Positions 40,475-50,904 of a DNA stretch of 64,000 nt are shown in pieces. This stretch comes from an uncultured delta proteobacterium. Lineage in GTDB: Bacteria; Myxococcota_A; Polyangia; Polyangiales; JAFGIB01. Position 1 is the stretch's first letter; each line of letters begins with the position of its first letter. The notes below the pieces were generated by a model. The model had not been told where the DNA came from. It was given only the letters and a program-made list of their open reading frames with translations, and did not search any database. Location: the NCBI GenBank assembly GCA_963778655.1, contig CAVZVA010000009.1:1440001-1504000 (forward strand), written 5' to 3'. The translations under genes and the position numbers were made by a program.

Positions 40475-41319
40475 GGCGGAACGCAGCCGCCGGCGGGCAG
40501 TCGCTGCGCTTCTTCGTCTCGCACGTGCGGGTCCGCGTGCGCGCGCAGCTGCCGGAGGTGATGGACGGCATGTCGGCGGTATGGGGCGCGTGCAGTCGCC
40601 CGCTGGTTCCGGTCACGGCCAACGCCGAGCTGGCGGTAGCGGGCGCCGGCGGTGGCTATGCCGTGACCGGCCCCGACGGCCGGCGCTCCCCCTGCGAGCG
40701 CCGCGAGGACGCGCTGCCGCTGCTCGAGAGCGCGCTCTACGCGGCGCTGCCGCAATGGCACGCGGGGCTGGTGCAGCTGCACGCGGCGTGCCTGTGCCGC
40801 GGCCAGACCAGCGTGCTGCTGCTGGGTCGCTCGGGCGCGGGCAAGAGCAGCCTGGCGCTCGCGGCGCTGCGGCGCGGCTATGCGTACTTCGGCGACGAGT
40901 TGGCGCTCACCGACGGCACGCGGCTGTGGGGCGTGCCGCGCGCGATCCAGTTCTCGCCCGTGGGCGCGCAGGATGCGCCGCCGCCCTGGGCGCGCGATGC
41001 CGACCTCTCGCACTACCGGATGCGGCTTCCGGGCGACCGGCCGGGCGCAGTGCCGCTGGTGTGCCCGCGCCCGGAGCAGATCCCGGCGCAGGCGGTTACC
41101 GCCGCCGGCACGCACGTGTACGCGATCGCGCGCGGCACGCCCGCACGGCTGCAGGCGTGCTCGCCGCTGCAGGCCCTGGCGCTGCTGCACGAGGCCGCGT
41201 TCAGCGCGCCCGGCCTCAGCCTGGGCGCGCTGGTGGGCGCGGGCCGCTGCGGACGGCTGACCTGGGACGAGCCCGAGCGCGGGCTGGATCTGCTGGATGC
41301 GGAGTTGGCACGCGCCTGA
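40471..41319 (+). CDS. HPr kinase-related P-loop kinase
   Basis: LHAACL, LLGRSGAGKSS (Walker A), GYAYFGDE; GTGA overlap with the PqqD gene. Confidence 0.85.
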   Translation: MRRNAAAGGQSLRFFVSHVRVRVRAQLPEVMDGMSAVWGACSRPLVPVTANAELAVAGAGGGYAVTGPDGRRSPCERREDALPLLESALYAALPQWHAGLVQLHAACLCRGQTSVLLLGRSGAGKSSLALAALRRGYAYFGDELALTDGTRLWGVPRAIQFSPVGAQDAPPPWARDADLSHYRMRLPGDRPGAVPLVCPRPEQIPAQAVTAAGTHVYAIARGTPARLQACSPLQALALLHEAAFSAPGLSLGALVGAGRCGRLTWDEPERGLDLLDAELARA

Positions 41320-41370
41320 CGGCGCGCGCCCGGCATTGAAAGCAATTCAAGCCGTGGTAATCAGGACCTC

Positions 41371-42303
41371 ATGGAACAGCGACGTCTGGGAGGCTCCGGC
41401 CTCAAGGTTTCGGCGGTCGGCCTGGGCTGCAACAACTTCGGCATGCGTTGCGACGCCGAGCAGACGCGCGTGGTGGTGCACAAGGCGCTGGATCTCGGCG
41501 TCACGCTGTTCGACACCGCCGACGTCTACGGCCGTGGCGCCTCGGAGACGCTGCTCGGCAAGGCGCTGGGCGAGCGGCGCAAGCGCATCGTGCTCGCCAC
41601 CAAGTTCGGCGGCCCGATGGGCGAGTCGCCGCTCGAGCGCGGCGCCTCGCGCCGCTACGTGATGCAGGCGCTCGAGGCCAGCTTGCGGCGCCTCGGCACC
41701 GAGTGGATCGACCTGTACCAGCTTCACTTCCCCGACGCGGAGACCCCGATCGAGGAGACGCTGGCCGCGCTCGACGACGCCGTCCGCCAGGGCAAGGTGC
41801 GCTACGTCGGATGCTCCAATTTCGCGTCGTACCAGCTGGTCGACGCGCTCTGGATCTCGAAGACGGGCGGGCTGGCGGCCTTCGCCTCCGCGCAGAACCA
41901 CTACAATCTGCTCGAACGGACGATCCGGCACGAGCTGATCCCCGCGTGCGCGCAGCATGGCATCGGCATCCTGCCGTACTTCCCGCTGGCGAGCGGGCTG
42001 CTCACCGGCAAGTACAGGCGGGGCGAGAAGCCGGGCGCGGACACGCGCCTGGGGTTGTGGGGCCAGCGCGCCGCGCGCCTGCTCGACGATGCCAACTTCG
42101 ACAGGCTCGAGCGCATGCAGGGCTTCGTGCAGGAGCGCGGCAAGAGCCTGCTCGAGCTGGCTTTCGGCTGGCTGCTCTCGCAGCCGCAGATCGCCAGCGT
42201 GATCGCGGGCGCGACCAAGCCCGAGCAGGTCGAGGCCAACGTCAAGGCCGCCGAGTGGCGCCTGCCCCCGGGCGACCTGATGGCCCTCGCCCCGCTGCTT
42301 TGA
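41371..42303 (+). CDS. aldo/keto reductase
   Basis: GLGCNNFG, FDTADVYG, LATKFG, IDLYQLH, GKVRYVGCSN, PYFPLASGLLTGKY. Confidence 0.95.
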   Translation: MEQRRLGGSGLKVSAVGLGCNNFGMRCDAEQTRVVVHKALDLGVTLFDTADVYGRGASETLLGKALGERRKRIVLATKFGGPMGESPLERGASRRYVMQALEASLRRLGTEWIDLYQLHFPDAETPIEETLAALDDAVRQGKVRYVGCSNFASYQLVDALWISKTGGLAAFASAQNHYNLLERTIRHELIPACAQHGIGILPYFPLASGLLTGKYRRGEKPGADTRLGLWGQRAARLLDDANFDRLERMQGFVQERGKSLLELAFGWLLSQPQIASVIAGATKPEQVEANVKAAEWRLPPGDLMALAPLL

Positions 42304-42344
42304 CTCGGAAGACGAGCTTGCTTCCTGTCTTCCTGTGATCCGAT

Positions 42345-42632
42345 TCAGCCGCTGCGGCTGACCGCCAGGAAACGGTGCCAGCAGTCCAGGCAGCGGTAGG
42401 GACGCACGCCCAGCCAGCGCCGCGCCACGTGTCCGAAGGGGCCGCGGATGCGCGAGCGCGCGACCGAGCGGCTTTCGCACCGGGGGCACTCTCGAGCGCG
42501 GCTACGCCCGCCCGGCGGACGCTGCCGGTCGAGTGCAGGGTCGTCGAGAAGGAGCAATTTGTCGGTGGAAAACAGCAAGATCGAAACTCCCGGCCAGGCG
42601 GAGGCTCGTCCAAAATTCTCTCTACACGACAA
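42345..42632 (-). CDS. small zinc-ribbon protein (start uncertain)
   Basis: CPRCESRSVARSR...RPYRCLDCWHRF (two CxxC). Confidence 0.55.
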   Translation of the reverse strand: MSCRENFGRASAWPGVSILLFSTDKLLLLDDPALDRQRPPGGRSRARECPRCESRSVARSRIRGPFGHVARRWLGVRPYRCLDCWHRFLAVSRSG

Positions 42633-42704
42633 TATTACAGTATGTATAGTCGATTACAAGGCACAGGCGCATGAAATCGTGCGCCCGCCTCTTCCTGCCG
42701 TCGC

Positions 42705-43787
42705 TCAGCCGGCAAGTGAGCGGGTGATGAAACCGCCTCCGACCACCGACTCGCCCTGGTAGATCACGGCGGCCTGCCCGGGGGCGATCGCGCGCTGGGG
42801 CTGGGCGAAGCGGGCTTCGAACCCGCCCGCGGTCGGGGTCACGCGCGCGGCCGCGGCCTGGTGCCGGTAACGGATGCGGACTTCGGCGTCGAATGGGCCC
42901 GCCGGCACCGCGTCCAGCCAGGTTGCACGGCTGGCGGCCAGACCCGGTCGCTCGAGGGCCTCCGCCGGGCCCACGACCACGGCATCGCGCTCAGGTATCA
43001 CCTCCAGAACGTAGTGGGGGCGGGCGCCGCTCACCCCGATCCCACGGCGCTGGCCCACCGTGAAACCCTCGATACCCGAGTGGTGGCCGAGCAGCTCGCC
43101 ACCCGCGCTCATGATCGGGCCCGGGCGCGCCGCGTGCGGCCGCTGGCGCGCGATGAACCCGCGCACGTCGCGATCGGGCACGAAGCACAGCTCCTGCGAG
43201 TCGGGCTTGTCCCAGTTGGGCAGGCCGAAGCGCCGTGCCTGCTCCCGGGCTTGCGCCTTGGTCAGCGCGCCCAGCGGGAACACCAGCCGCTGCAACAGCG
43301 CCTGCGACAGCCCGAACAGGAAGTAGCTCTGATCCTTGTGCGCGTCGGCCCCGCGCAGCAGGCGCATGCGACCGCCGGGCGTGCGCTCGAGCCGCGCGTA
43401 GTGCCCGGTGGCGATGCGCGAGGCGCCCAGGGTGCGCGCCAGCTCGGCAAGCCGTCCGAGCTTGACCTGCTGGTTGCAGCCCACGCACGGCACCGGCGTG
43501 TGCCCAGCCAGGTTCTCGTCGAGGAATGGCTCCACCACCTGGGCGCGAAACGCCGCGCGCTCGTCCATCACGTAATGCGGCACGCCCAGCAGGCTGCAAG
43601 TGCGGGCGGCGTCCTCGCGGTCCTCCGGCGCGCAGCAGCGGCCGACCTGGTCGCTGCCCTGGGCGTCCCACAGGTGCAGGGTCACCCCCACCACCGCGTG
43701 GCCCGCGGCGTGCAGCCGGGCCGCCGCCAGCGAGGAGTCCACCCCGCCGCTCATCGCAACCAGCACGCGCTCCCGCTGTTCCGACAT
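42705..43787 (-). CDS. mnmA: tRNA-specific 2-thiouridylase
   Basis: VAMSGGVDSS, PCVGCN, IATGHYAR, KDQSYFL, DSQELCF, FTVGQRRG, APGQAAVIY. Confidence 0.97.
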   Translation of the reverse strand: MSEQRERVLVAMSGGVDSSLAAARLHAAGHAVVGVTLHLWDAQGSDQVGRCCAPEDREDAARTCSLLGVPHYVMDERAAFRAQVVEPFLDENLAGHTPVPCVGCNQQVKLGRLAELARTLGASRIATGHYARLERTPGGRMRLLRGADAHKDQSYFLFGLSQALLQRLVFPLGALTKAQAREQARRFGLPNWDKPDSQELCFVPDRDVRGFIARQRPHAARPGPIMSAGGELLGHHSGIEGFTVGQRRGIGVSGARPHYVLEVIPERDAVVVGPAEALERPGLAASRATWLDAVPAGPFDAEVRIRYRHQAAAARVTPTAGGFEARFAQPQRAIAPGQAAVIYQGESVVGGGFITRSLAG

Positions 43788-43964
43788 GGCCGATGCTCGC
43801 GGACGCGTAGCCATGCGGCACGCCGCGCAAGCGGTCAAGGCCGTTCCATTCAAGCGAGCGCGGCCGCGCCCGCGGCCGGCCGCGCCGTTGCGCAGCGAGC
43901 GCGCGGGGTTGCGCGGCCAAGCTCGAGCGCTGCGCAGAAAATCGGGGCCAAGCTCGAGCCCGTC

Positions 43965-45089
43965 TCAAGCCGCTTGCCGCGCGAGCACGCGCTGCAGCGC
44001 CTGCAGCGCGCTTTGCGCTTCGGTTTCCGTCGTTTCCGGGCCGAAGCTGAGGCGTAGCGCAGCCTCCGCGCGCCAGCGTTCGTGGGGGTACATCGCCAGC
44101 AGCACCGGCGAGGGCTGACTCAACCCCGAGGAGCAGGCCGCGCCGCTGGCCGCGCATACGCCTTCGAGATCGAGCGCGGCCACCAGAGCTTCGCCGCGCA
44201 GCCCCACGAAGCTCGCGCTCGCGACGCTCGCCACGCGCGGCGCGGCCGTCGCGTTGAGCGCGCCGCCCAGCCGCGCGAGCCCGGCCTCGACGCCGGCGCG
44301 CAGGCGCTCGAGCCGCGGCTGCTGCGCCAGCCGGCTGTCCAGGCCCGCGCAGGCCGCGCCGAAGCCGACCGCGCCCAGCACGTCGGGGCTGCCCGCGCGC
44401 CGCCCGCGCTCCTGTGCGCCGCCCGCCAGCAGCGGCTCGAGATCGAGCCCGCGGCGCACGTACAGCGCGCCGGCACCGGCCGGGCCACCCAGCTTGTGCG
44501 AGGCCAGTGCCAGCAGATCGACGCCCAGCGAGCCCAGGTCGATCGGCAGCTTGCCCGCGGCCTGGGTGGCGTCGACGAACAGCGGCACGCCCGCGTCGCG
44601 GCAGACCCGCGCGTACCCGGGCACGGGCAGCACGCTGCCAGTCTCGTGATTGACCCACTGCAGCGCGACCAGTCGTGTATCGGGCCTGAGCGCGGCCGCG
44701 AGCTGCTCGGCCAGCGGCGGCTGGCCTTCAGGCAGGGCGAGCCGGCTGAGCGTGATACCAGCGCTGGCCTGCAGGGCCTCCAGCGTGCGCGCGACCGCCG
44801 GGTGCTCGACCTCGGTGGTCACCACGTGCCCGCCGGCCAGCCCCGGCAGCCCGCGCAGCGCGAGGTTGCAGGCCTCGCTGCCGCCCGAGGTCAGCACCAT
44901 GTCGGCGGCCTGCGCGCACCCGATCGCGGCCGCCACCTGCGCGCGCGCCCGCTCCAGCCGCGCGCGCGCCGCGCGCCCGGCCGCGTGCACGCTGGACGGG
45001 TTGGCCCAGGCCTCGCCGCGGGCCGCGTCCATGGCCTCGCGGGCCGCGGCACACAGCGGTGTGGCGGCGTGATGGTCGAGGTAGATCAC
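43965..45089 (-). CDS. iscS: cysteine desulfurase (IscS/NifS family)
   Basis: IYLDHHAATP, NPSSVH, TSGGSE, NHETG, DATQ, SHKLGGP, SGAACSS; adjacent to mnmA. Confidence 0.9.
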   Translation of the reverse strand: MIYLDHHAATPLCAAAREAMDAARGEAWANPSSVHAAGRAARARLERARAQVAAAIGCAQAADMVLTSGGSEACNLALRGLPGLAGGHVVTTEVEHPAVARTLEALQASAGITLSRLALPEGQPPLAEQLAAALRPDTRLVALQWVNHETGSVLPVPGYARVCRDAGVPLFVDATQAAGKLPIDLGSLGVDLLALASHKLGGPAGAGALYVRRGLDLEPLLAGGAQERGRRAGSPDVLGAVGFGAACAGLDSRLAQQPRLERLRAGVEAGLARLGGALNATAAPRVASVASASFVGLRGEALVAALDLEGVCAASGAACSSGLSQPSPVLLAMYPHERWRAEAALRLSFGPETTETEAQSALQALQRVLARQAA

Positions 45090-46345
45090 GTTGCGCTGTT
45101 TCGCTTGGGCCCCTCGGGATCCACGCTCAGCACGAACGCCGTGCCCGGCAGCTTGCGTCCGGCCACTTCGAGCTCGGGCGGGCTCGTCACTTCGATGCCG
45201 CCGCCCATCGCCTCGGCCACGTGGCGCGAAAACGCCAGCCCCAACCCCACCCCGCCGTAGCTGCGGGTGCGCGTGCCGTCGACCTGGAAGAACGGCTGCA
45301 GGATGCGCTCGCGGTCGCGCGCCGAGATACCCGGGCCGCTGTCGACCACCACCAGCTCGTAGCGCGTGGTGCCGGTGGCGGGGTCGGGCGCGGCGGCGCG
45401 CTGTACCGCGACCGCGACCTCGGAGCCGCGCGGGGTGAACTTGGCGGCGTTGTCCAGGATGTGGATCATCGCGCGCCGCAGCTTGTCGGGATCGCCGCGC
45501 GCCGGCATCTCGCCCGGCGGCTGCTCGCGCACCACCGTGGTGCCGGCCTCGGCGAACAAGTCGCGGGTCTCGGCCAGCGCGCGGTCGGCGACCTCGCCGA
45601 AGTCGTAGTCGCGCTCGTAGATGTGCAGCCGACCGCTCTCGAGGTGGCTGACGTCGAGCAGCGTATCGATCAGCGTGCGCAGCTTCTTGGTCGAGTTGTT
45701 GATCGACTCCACGGTCTTGCGCTGCAGCGGCGCCAGCGGGCCCAGCTCCTCGTTGAGCAGCAGCCGCAGGTAGCCGACCACCGGGGTCATCGGGGTGGCG
45801 AACTCGTGGCTGAGGTTTTGCAGGAACTCGCGCCGCAGCCGCGCCAGCTCTTCGAGCCGGTTATTGGCTTCGGACAGCTCCACCACCTTGCGTTCCAGCC
45901 GCTCCACGATCTTTTGCGAGCGCGAGCGCAGCACATCGTCGCCGGGGTCGCTCGGACGCCTGCGCTCCGAGTGCCCGGAGAGGAAGCGCTGCACCGTGGC
46001 CGGGAACTTGCGCGCGTCGATCGGCTTCTCGATGAAGCCGTCCGCGCCCACCGCCAAGCTGGTCTCGCGGTCGCCTTCGGCGGTGATCGCCACGATCGGC
46101 GTGCCCTGCATGGCGGGCATGCCGCGCAGGCGCAGCGTGACCTCGTAGCCGTCGAGGTCGGGCACGTCGATGTCGACCAGCACGATATCGGGCTTGCGCG
46201 CCTCGGCCAGGCGGATGCCCTCGAGCCCGCTCTCGGCGTCCACCACTTCGTGGCCGGCGGCGGCCAGCAGCTTGCGCACCAGCAGGCGGTTCGCGGGGTC
46301 GTCCTCGATGTGCAGCACCGTAGCCACGGCCTGAGAATCTATCAT
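45086..46345 (-). CDS. hybrid response regulator/histidine kinase (REC-HisKA-HATPase)
   Basis: LHIEDD..LVDIDVPDLDG..KP receiver; SHEFATP H-box; DNAAKFT, DSGPGI, FFQVD, GVGLGL. Confidence 0.93.
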   Translation of the reverse strand: MIDSQAVATVLHIEDDPANRLLVRKLLAAAGHEVVDAESGLEGIRLAEARKPDIVLVDIDVPDLDGYEVTLRLRGMPAMQGTPIVAITAEGDRETSLAVGADGFIEKPIDARKFPATVQRFLSGHSERRRPSDPGDDVLRSRSQKIVERLERKVVELSEANNRLEELARLRREFLQNLSHEFATPMTPVVGYLRLLLNEELGPLAPLQRKTVESINNSTKKLRTLIDTLLDVSHLESGRLHIYERDYDFGEVADRALAETRDLFAEAGTTVVREQPPGEMPARGDPDKLRRAMIHILDNAAKFTPRGSEVAVAVQRAAAPDPATGTTRYELVVVDSGPGISARDRERILQPFFQVDGTRTRSYGGVGLGLAFSRHVAEAMGGGIEVTSPPELEVAGRKLPGTAFVLSVDPEGPKRNSAT

Positions 46346-46468
46346 CGGCCCGCGGCCCGATCGATTAACCGGCTGCAACCAGCCGTCTCGGCGGTCCTCG
46401 CCCCCGGTGCGGGCTTGCAGACGAGCGCCGCTGCCGCTATCTGGCGGGCAGTGCGAGCCGGACCATGA

Positions 46469-46563
46469 AACAGGAACACGGGAAGACGGGAAGATTGGAC
46501 GAGCCCTGACTGCCGGGCGGGTCTGCGTCTGATCCACCGGCCCTTCTTCCCACCTTCCTGTGA
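46469..46563. repeat. intergenic inverted repeat, family B
   Basis: ACAGGAACACGGGAAGACGGGAAG ... CTTCCCACCTTCCTGTGA. Confidence 0.7.
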
Positions 46564-46600
46564 TTCTCGAAAGAACCAGCCGTATCAGGTTTCAACCGCG

Positions 46601-48709
46601 ATGCCCAAAGTCGAGCTACACGCGCTACACACATTCCCCGAGGTGAGCTACGCGACCTGGCGCCAGCAAGTGGAGCGCGGGCTGCAGGGCGGCGACATCG
46701 CTCGGCTCTCGACCCGCACGCTGGAGGGCATCGAGGTCGCGCCGCTGTACACCGCGGACGACTGGCCGTGGGCGCAGGACGCGGGGGGCTTTGCGGGCGC
46801 GCCGCCGTATCGGCGCGGCGGCGAGCCGCTCGGCCGCCACGCCGCGCGCTGGGACATGCGCCCGCACTACGACAACCCCGACCCCAGCGCGCTCGCGCGC
46901 GAGATCGCCGACGACCTGGGGCGCGGCGCGCGCTCGCTGTGGCTGTGCTTCGACCGCCAGGTGCGCGGCGGCCAGGCGCGGCCCGAGCCGCCGGCCGGGC
47001 CGCGCGAGCGCGGCGTGCCGTGTCTGAGCGCGACCCAGCTGGGCCAGTTGCTGCAGAACGTCCCGCTTCAGGAAGTGACGCTCTCGCTCGACGCCGGCGC
47101 CAACGGCCTGCCGGTTGCCGCGTGCTTCGTCCACGCGCTGCAGGCGCGCGGCCTGCGCCCCGAGCAGACCCGCGCCTGGCTCAATCTCGATCCGCTGGGC
47201 GCGCTCGCGCGCGACGGCGCGCTGCCCTACACCCTGGAAGTCGCGAGCCAGCAGCTGTGCGCGCTCGCGCGCTTTGCCGTGCAGCACTCGCCGCGCTGGC
47301 GCAGTGCGACGGTCTCCGTGGTGCCGTACCACGATGCGGGCGCGCATGCGGCCCAGGAGCTGGCCTACGCGCTCGCCACCGCGGTCCAGTACCTGCGCTG
47401 GCTGACCGAGGCCGGGCTGAGCCTGCCGCAAGCGTCGGCGCAGGTCGCGTTCAGCGTGGCGGTGGGCTCGGACTTCTTCATGGAGATCGCCAAGCTGCGC
47501 GCGCTGCGCCAGTGCTGGGCCGGCGTGATCGCGGCCTGCGGCGGCGACGCCGAGGCGCAGCGCTGCGCGCTGCATGCGCTTTGCTCCTCGCGCACCAAGA
47601 GCGCGCGCGATCCGTGGGTGAACCTGCTGCGCGAGACCACCGAAGCGTTTGCGGCCGCGGCCGGCGGCGCCGACGCGATCACCAGCGGTGGCTTCGACCG
47701 CGCGGTCGGCCTCTCCGACGCATTCGCGCGCCGCATCGCGGGCAACGCCCAGGTGATCCTCGATCAGGAGGCGCACGTCACGGAGGTCGCCGATCCGGCG
47801 GGCGGCGCGTGGTACGTCGAGCAGCTCAGCGACGGGCTGGCCGAGCGCGCGTGGGCGTTGTTTCAGGCGCTCGAGGCCGAGGGCGGGATGGCCGCCGCGC
47901 TGCTCGCGGGCAGCGTGGGCGCGCAGATTGCCGAGGTCGCGCAGGCGCGCGCCGCGCGCGTGGCCACGCGCAAGGCGCCGATCACGGGCGTCAGCGAGTT
48001 TGCCAATGTCGACGAGCGGCCGCTCGTGCGGCCGGAGCCCGACTGGCAGGCGATCGCGGGCGCGCGCCGCGGCACGCTCGAGGCCGGCTCGCGCGACGAG
48101 GCGGTCGCCGCGCCGCTGCTGCGCGCGGCCGCGAGCGGGGGCGAGCTGGTGGCGGCGGCGGTGCTGGTGGCGGCGGCCGGCGCCAACCTGGGCCAGCTCA
48201 GCTGCGCGCTCGCCGGTCCGGGCGAGCCGGCGCGGGCTCGCGCGCTGCCGCCGCGGCGTCCGGCCGAGCCCTACGAGCAGCTGCGTGACGCCTGCGACGC
48301 GCACGCGCGCGCGCACGGCAAGCGCCCGAGCGTGTTCTCGTGCAACCTCGGGCCGATCTCCGAGCACAAGGCGCGCGCGCAGTTCGCCGCCGGCTTCCTG
48401 GCCGCGGGCGGGCTTTCGGTGATCGACAACGATGGCTTCGAGACGCCCGAGGCCGCGGCCGAGGGCTACGCGCGCTCGGGCGCGGAGCTGGTGGTGATCT
48501 GCGGCAGCGACGACGCGTACGCACGCGCGCTGCCGGCGCTCGGGCCGCTGTTGCGCGCGCGGGGCGCGCGCCGCGTGATCGTGGCGGGCAAGCCCGGCGA
48601 GCAAGCTCAGGCGTTCGGCGCCGCGGGCGTGACCGACTACATCTACCTGGGCTGCGACGTGGTGCAGGCGTTGCGCGCGTTGCTGGCCGCGATCGGAGTC
48701 ACCCCATGA
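46601..48709 (+). CDS. mutA: methylmalonyl-CoA mutase small (beta) subunit
   Basis: [51 protein letters not shown]; lacks the DxHxxG motif. Confidence 0.92.
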   Translation: MPKVELHALHTFPEVSYATWRQQVERGLQGGDIARLSTRTLEGIEVAPLYTADDWPWAQDAGGFAGAPPYRRGGEPLGRHAARWDMRPHYDNPDPSALAREIADDLGRGARSLWLCFDRQVRGGQARPEPPAGPRERGVPCLSATQLGQLLQNVPLQEVTLSLDAGANGLPVAACFVHALQARGLRPEQTRAWLNLDPLGALARDGALPYTLEVASQQLCALARFAVQHSPRWRSATVSVVPYHDAGAHAAQELAYALATAVQYLRWLTEAGLSLPQASAQVAFSVAVGSDFFMEIAKLRALRQCWAGVIAACGGDAEAQRCALHALCSSRTKSARDPWVNLLRETTEAFAAAAGGADAITSGGFDRAVGLSDAFARRIAGNAQVILDQEAHVTEVADPAGGAWYVEQLSDGLAERAWALFQALEAEGGMAAALLAGSVGAQIAEVAQARAARVATRKAPITGVSEFANVDERPLVRPEPDWQAIAGARRGTLEAGSRDEAVAAPLLRAAASGGELVAAAVLVAAAGANLGQLSCALAGPGEPARARALPPRRPAEPYEQLRDACDAHARAHGKRPSVFSCNLGPISEHKARAQFAAGFLAAGGLSVIDNDGFETPEAAAEGYARSGAELVVICGSDDAYARALPALGPLLRARGARRVIVAGKPGEQAQAFGAAGVTDYIYLGCDVVQALRALLAAIGVTP

Positions 48710-50904
48710 CCGCCCTACCCGACTTCAGCAAGATCCCGCTGGCGCAGGCGCTCGCGCTGCGCGGCGACGACGACCGCGCGGCCTGGGCGCGCCGCGCCGA
48801 GCGCGCGCAGGAGGGGGGCGACCCGGTCTGGCACACGCCCGAGCAGATCGATGTGGCGGCGCTGTACAGCGCCTGCGACCTCGAGCCGGTTGCGCACCTG
48901 CGCAGCATGCCGGGCTTCGCGCCGTTCGTGCGCGGCCCCTACGCCACCATGTACGTGCAGCAGCCGTGGACCATCCGGCAGTACGCCGGCTTCTCCACCG
49001 CCGAGGAGAGCAACGCCTTCTACCGGCGCAACCTGGCGATGGGCCAGAAGGGCCTGTCGATCGCCTTCGATCTGGCGACCCACCGCGGCTACGACTCGGA
49101 CAACCCGCGCGTGCGCGGCGACGTGGGCATGGCCGGGGTCGCGATCGATTCGATCCTCGACATGCGCATCCTGTTCGACCGCATCCCGCTCGATCAAATG
49201 AGCGTGTCGATGACCATGAACGGCGCGGTGCTGCCGGTGCTCGCGCTCTACATCGTGGCGGGCGAGGAGCAGGGCGTGCCGATGTCCAAGCTCAGCGGGA
49301 CCATCCAGAACGACATCCTCAAGGAGTTCATGGTCCGCAACACGTACATCTACCCGCCCGGGCCGTCGATGCGCATCATCGGCGATATCTTCGCCTTCAC
49401 CTCGCAGCACATGCCGAAGTTCAACAGCATCAGCATCTCCGGCTATCACATGCAGGAGGCCGGCGCGACCGCAGACATCGAGCTCGCCTACACGCTGGCC
49501 GATGGGCTCGAGTACCTGCGCACGGGCCTGGCCGCCGGGCTCGACGTGGACAGCTTCGCGCCGCGGCTGTCGTTCTTCTGGGCGATCGGCATGAACTACT
49601 TCATGGAGGTCGCGAAGCTGCGCGCCGGGCGCATGCTGTGGGCGCAGATCGTGCATGGCTTCGGCGCCAAGAACCCCAAGAGCCTGTCGCTGCGCACCCA
49701 CTGCCAGACCTCGGGCTGGAGCCTGACCGCGCAGGATCCCTACAACAACGTGGCCCGCACCTGCATCGAGGCGATGGCCGCGGTGCAGGGCCACACCCAA
49801 TCGCTGCACACCAACGCGCTGGACGAGGCGCTGGCGCTGCCGACCGACTTCAGTGCGCGCATCGCGCGCAACACCCAGCTCTACATCCAGCAGGAGACCG
49901 GGGTCTGCCGCAGCATCGACCCGTGGGGCGGCAGCTACTACGTCGAGCGCCTCACCCATGAGCTGGCGGGCCGCGCGCGCGCGCTGATCACGGAGGTCGA
50001 AGAGCTCGGGGGGATGGCCAAGGCGATCGAGGCCGGCCTGCCCAAGCTGCGCATCGAGGAAGCGGCGGCCCGCACCCAGGCGCGCATCGATTCGGGCCAG
50101 CAGACGATCGTCGGGGTCAACAAGCTGCGCTGCGAGCAGGAAGAGGAGCTGGCGATCCTGAAGGTCGACAACCGCGAGGTGCTGGCCGCGCAGATCGCGC
50201 GGCTGCAGCAGCTGCGGCGCGAGCGCGACGAGGGCAAGCTGCGTGCGGCGCTGCAGGCGCTGACCCAGGCCGCGGGCCGCGGCGAGGGCAACCTGCTCGC
50301 GCTCGCGATCGAGGCCGCGCGCGCCCGCGCCAGCGTGGGCGAGATCAGCGACGCGCTGGAGAAGGTGTGGGGCCGCCACGAGGCGGTCATCCGCTCGGTC
50401 TCGGGCGTGTATAGTAGGGAGGTGGGCGAGAGCTCGTCTACGCTGCAGGCGGTGCGCGCGCTGGCCGACGCGTTTGCCGAGTCGCAAGGCCGGCGGCCGC
50501 GCATCCTGATCGCGAAGATGGGCCAGGACGGCCACGACCGCGGCGCCAAGGTGATCGCCACCGCGTTCGCCGACATGGGCTTCGACGTGGACGTCGGCCC
50601 GCTGTTCCAGACGCCGGAGGAGACCGCGCGCCAGGCGGTGGAGAACGACGTGCACATCGTGGGCGCCAGCTCGCTCGCCGCCGGGCACCTCACCCTGGTG
50701 CCGGAGCTGCGCAAGGCGCTCGATGCGCGCGGCCGCGAAGACATCATGATCGCGGTCGGCGGCGTGATCCCCAAGCAGGACTACGAAGCGCTGTACCGCG
50801 CGGGCGCCGCCTGCATCTTCGGCCCGGGCACGGTCATTACCGAGGCCGCGAGCCAGCTGCTGACCGATCTCAAGGGGCGGCTCGAGGCCGAGGCTCGGGC
50901 GTGA
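48706..50904 (+). CDS. mutB: methylmalonyl-CoA mutase large (catalytic) subunit
   Basis: [49 protein letters not shown] (B12 His). Confidence 0.97.
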   Translation: MTALPDFSKIPLAQALALRGDDDRAAWARRAERAQEGGDPVWHTPEQIDVAALYSACDLEPVAHLRSMPGFAPFVRGPYATMYVQQPWTIRQYAGFSTAEESNAFYRRNLAMGQKGLSIAFDLATHRGYDSDNPRVRGDVGMAGVAIDSILDMRILFDRIPLDQMSVSMTMNGAVLPVLALYIVAGEEQGVPMSKLSGTIQNDILKEFMVRNTYIYPPGPSMRIIGDIFAFTSQHMPKFNSISISGYHMQEAGATADIELAYTLADGLEYLRTGLAAGLDVDSFAPRLSFFWAIGMNYFMEVAKLRAGRMLWAQIVHGFGAKNPKSLSLRTHCQTSGWSLTAQDPYNNVARTCIEAMAAVQGHTQSLHTNALDEALALPTDFSARIARNTQLYIQQETGVCRSIDPWGGSYYVERLTHELAGRARALITEVEELGGMAKAIEAGLPKLRIEEAAARTQARIDSGQQTIVGVNKLRCEQEEELAILKVDNREVLAAQIARLQQLRRERDEGKLRAALQALTQAAGRGEGNLLALAIEAARARASVGEISDALEKVWGRHEAVIRSVSGVYSREVGESSSTLQAVRALADAFAESQGRRPRILIAKMGQDGHDRGAKVIATAFADMGFDVDVGPLFQTPEETARQAVENDVHIVGASSLAAGHLTLVPELRKALDARGREDIMIAVGGVIPKQDYEALYRAGAACIFGPGTVITEAASQLLTDLKGRLEAEARA

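Noticed and set aside
41371..42303. Aldo/keto reductase as part of the RiPP cluster
   Set aside because: Generic AKR, not translationally coupled and has its own RBS; membership cannot be supported without synteny data.
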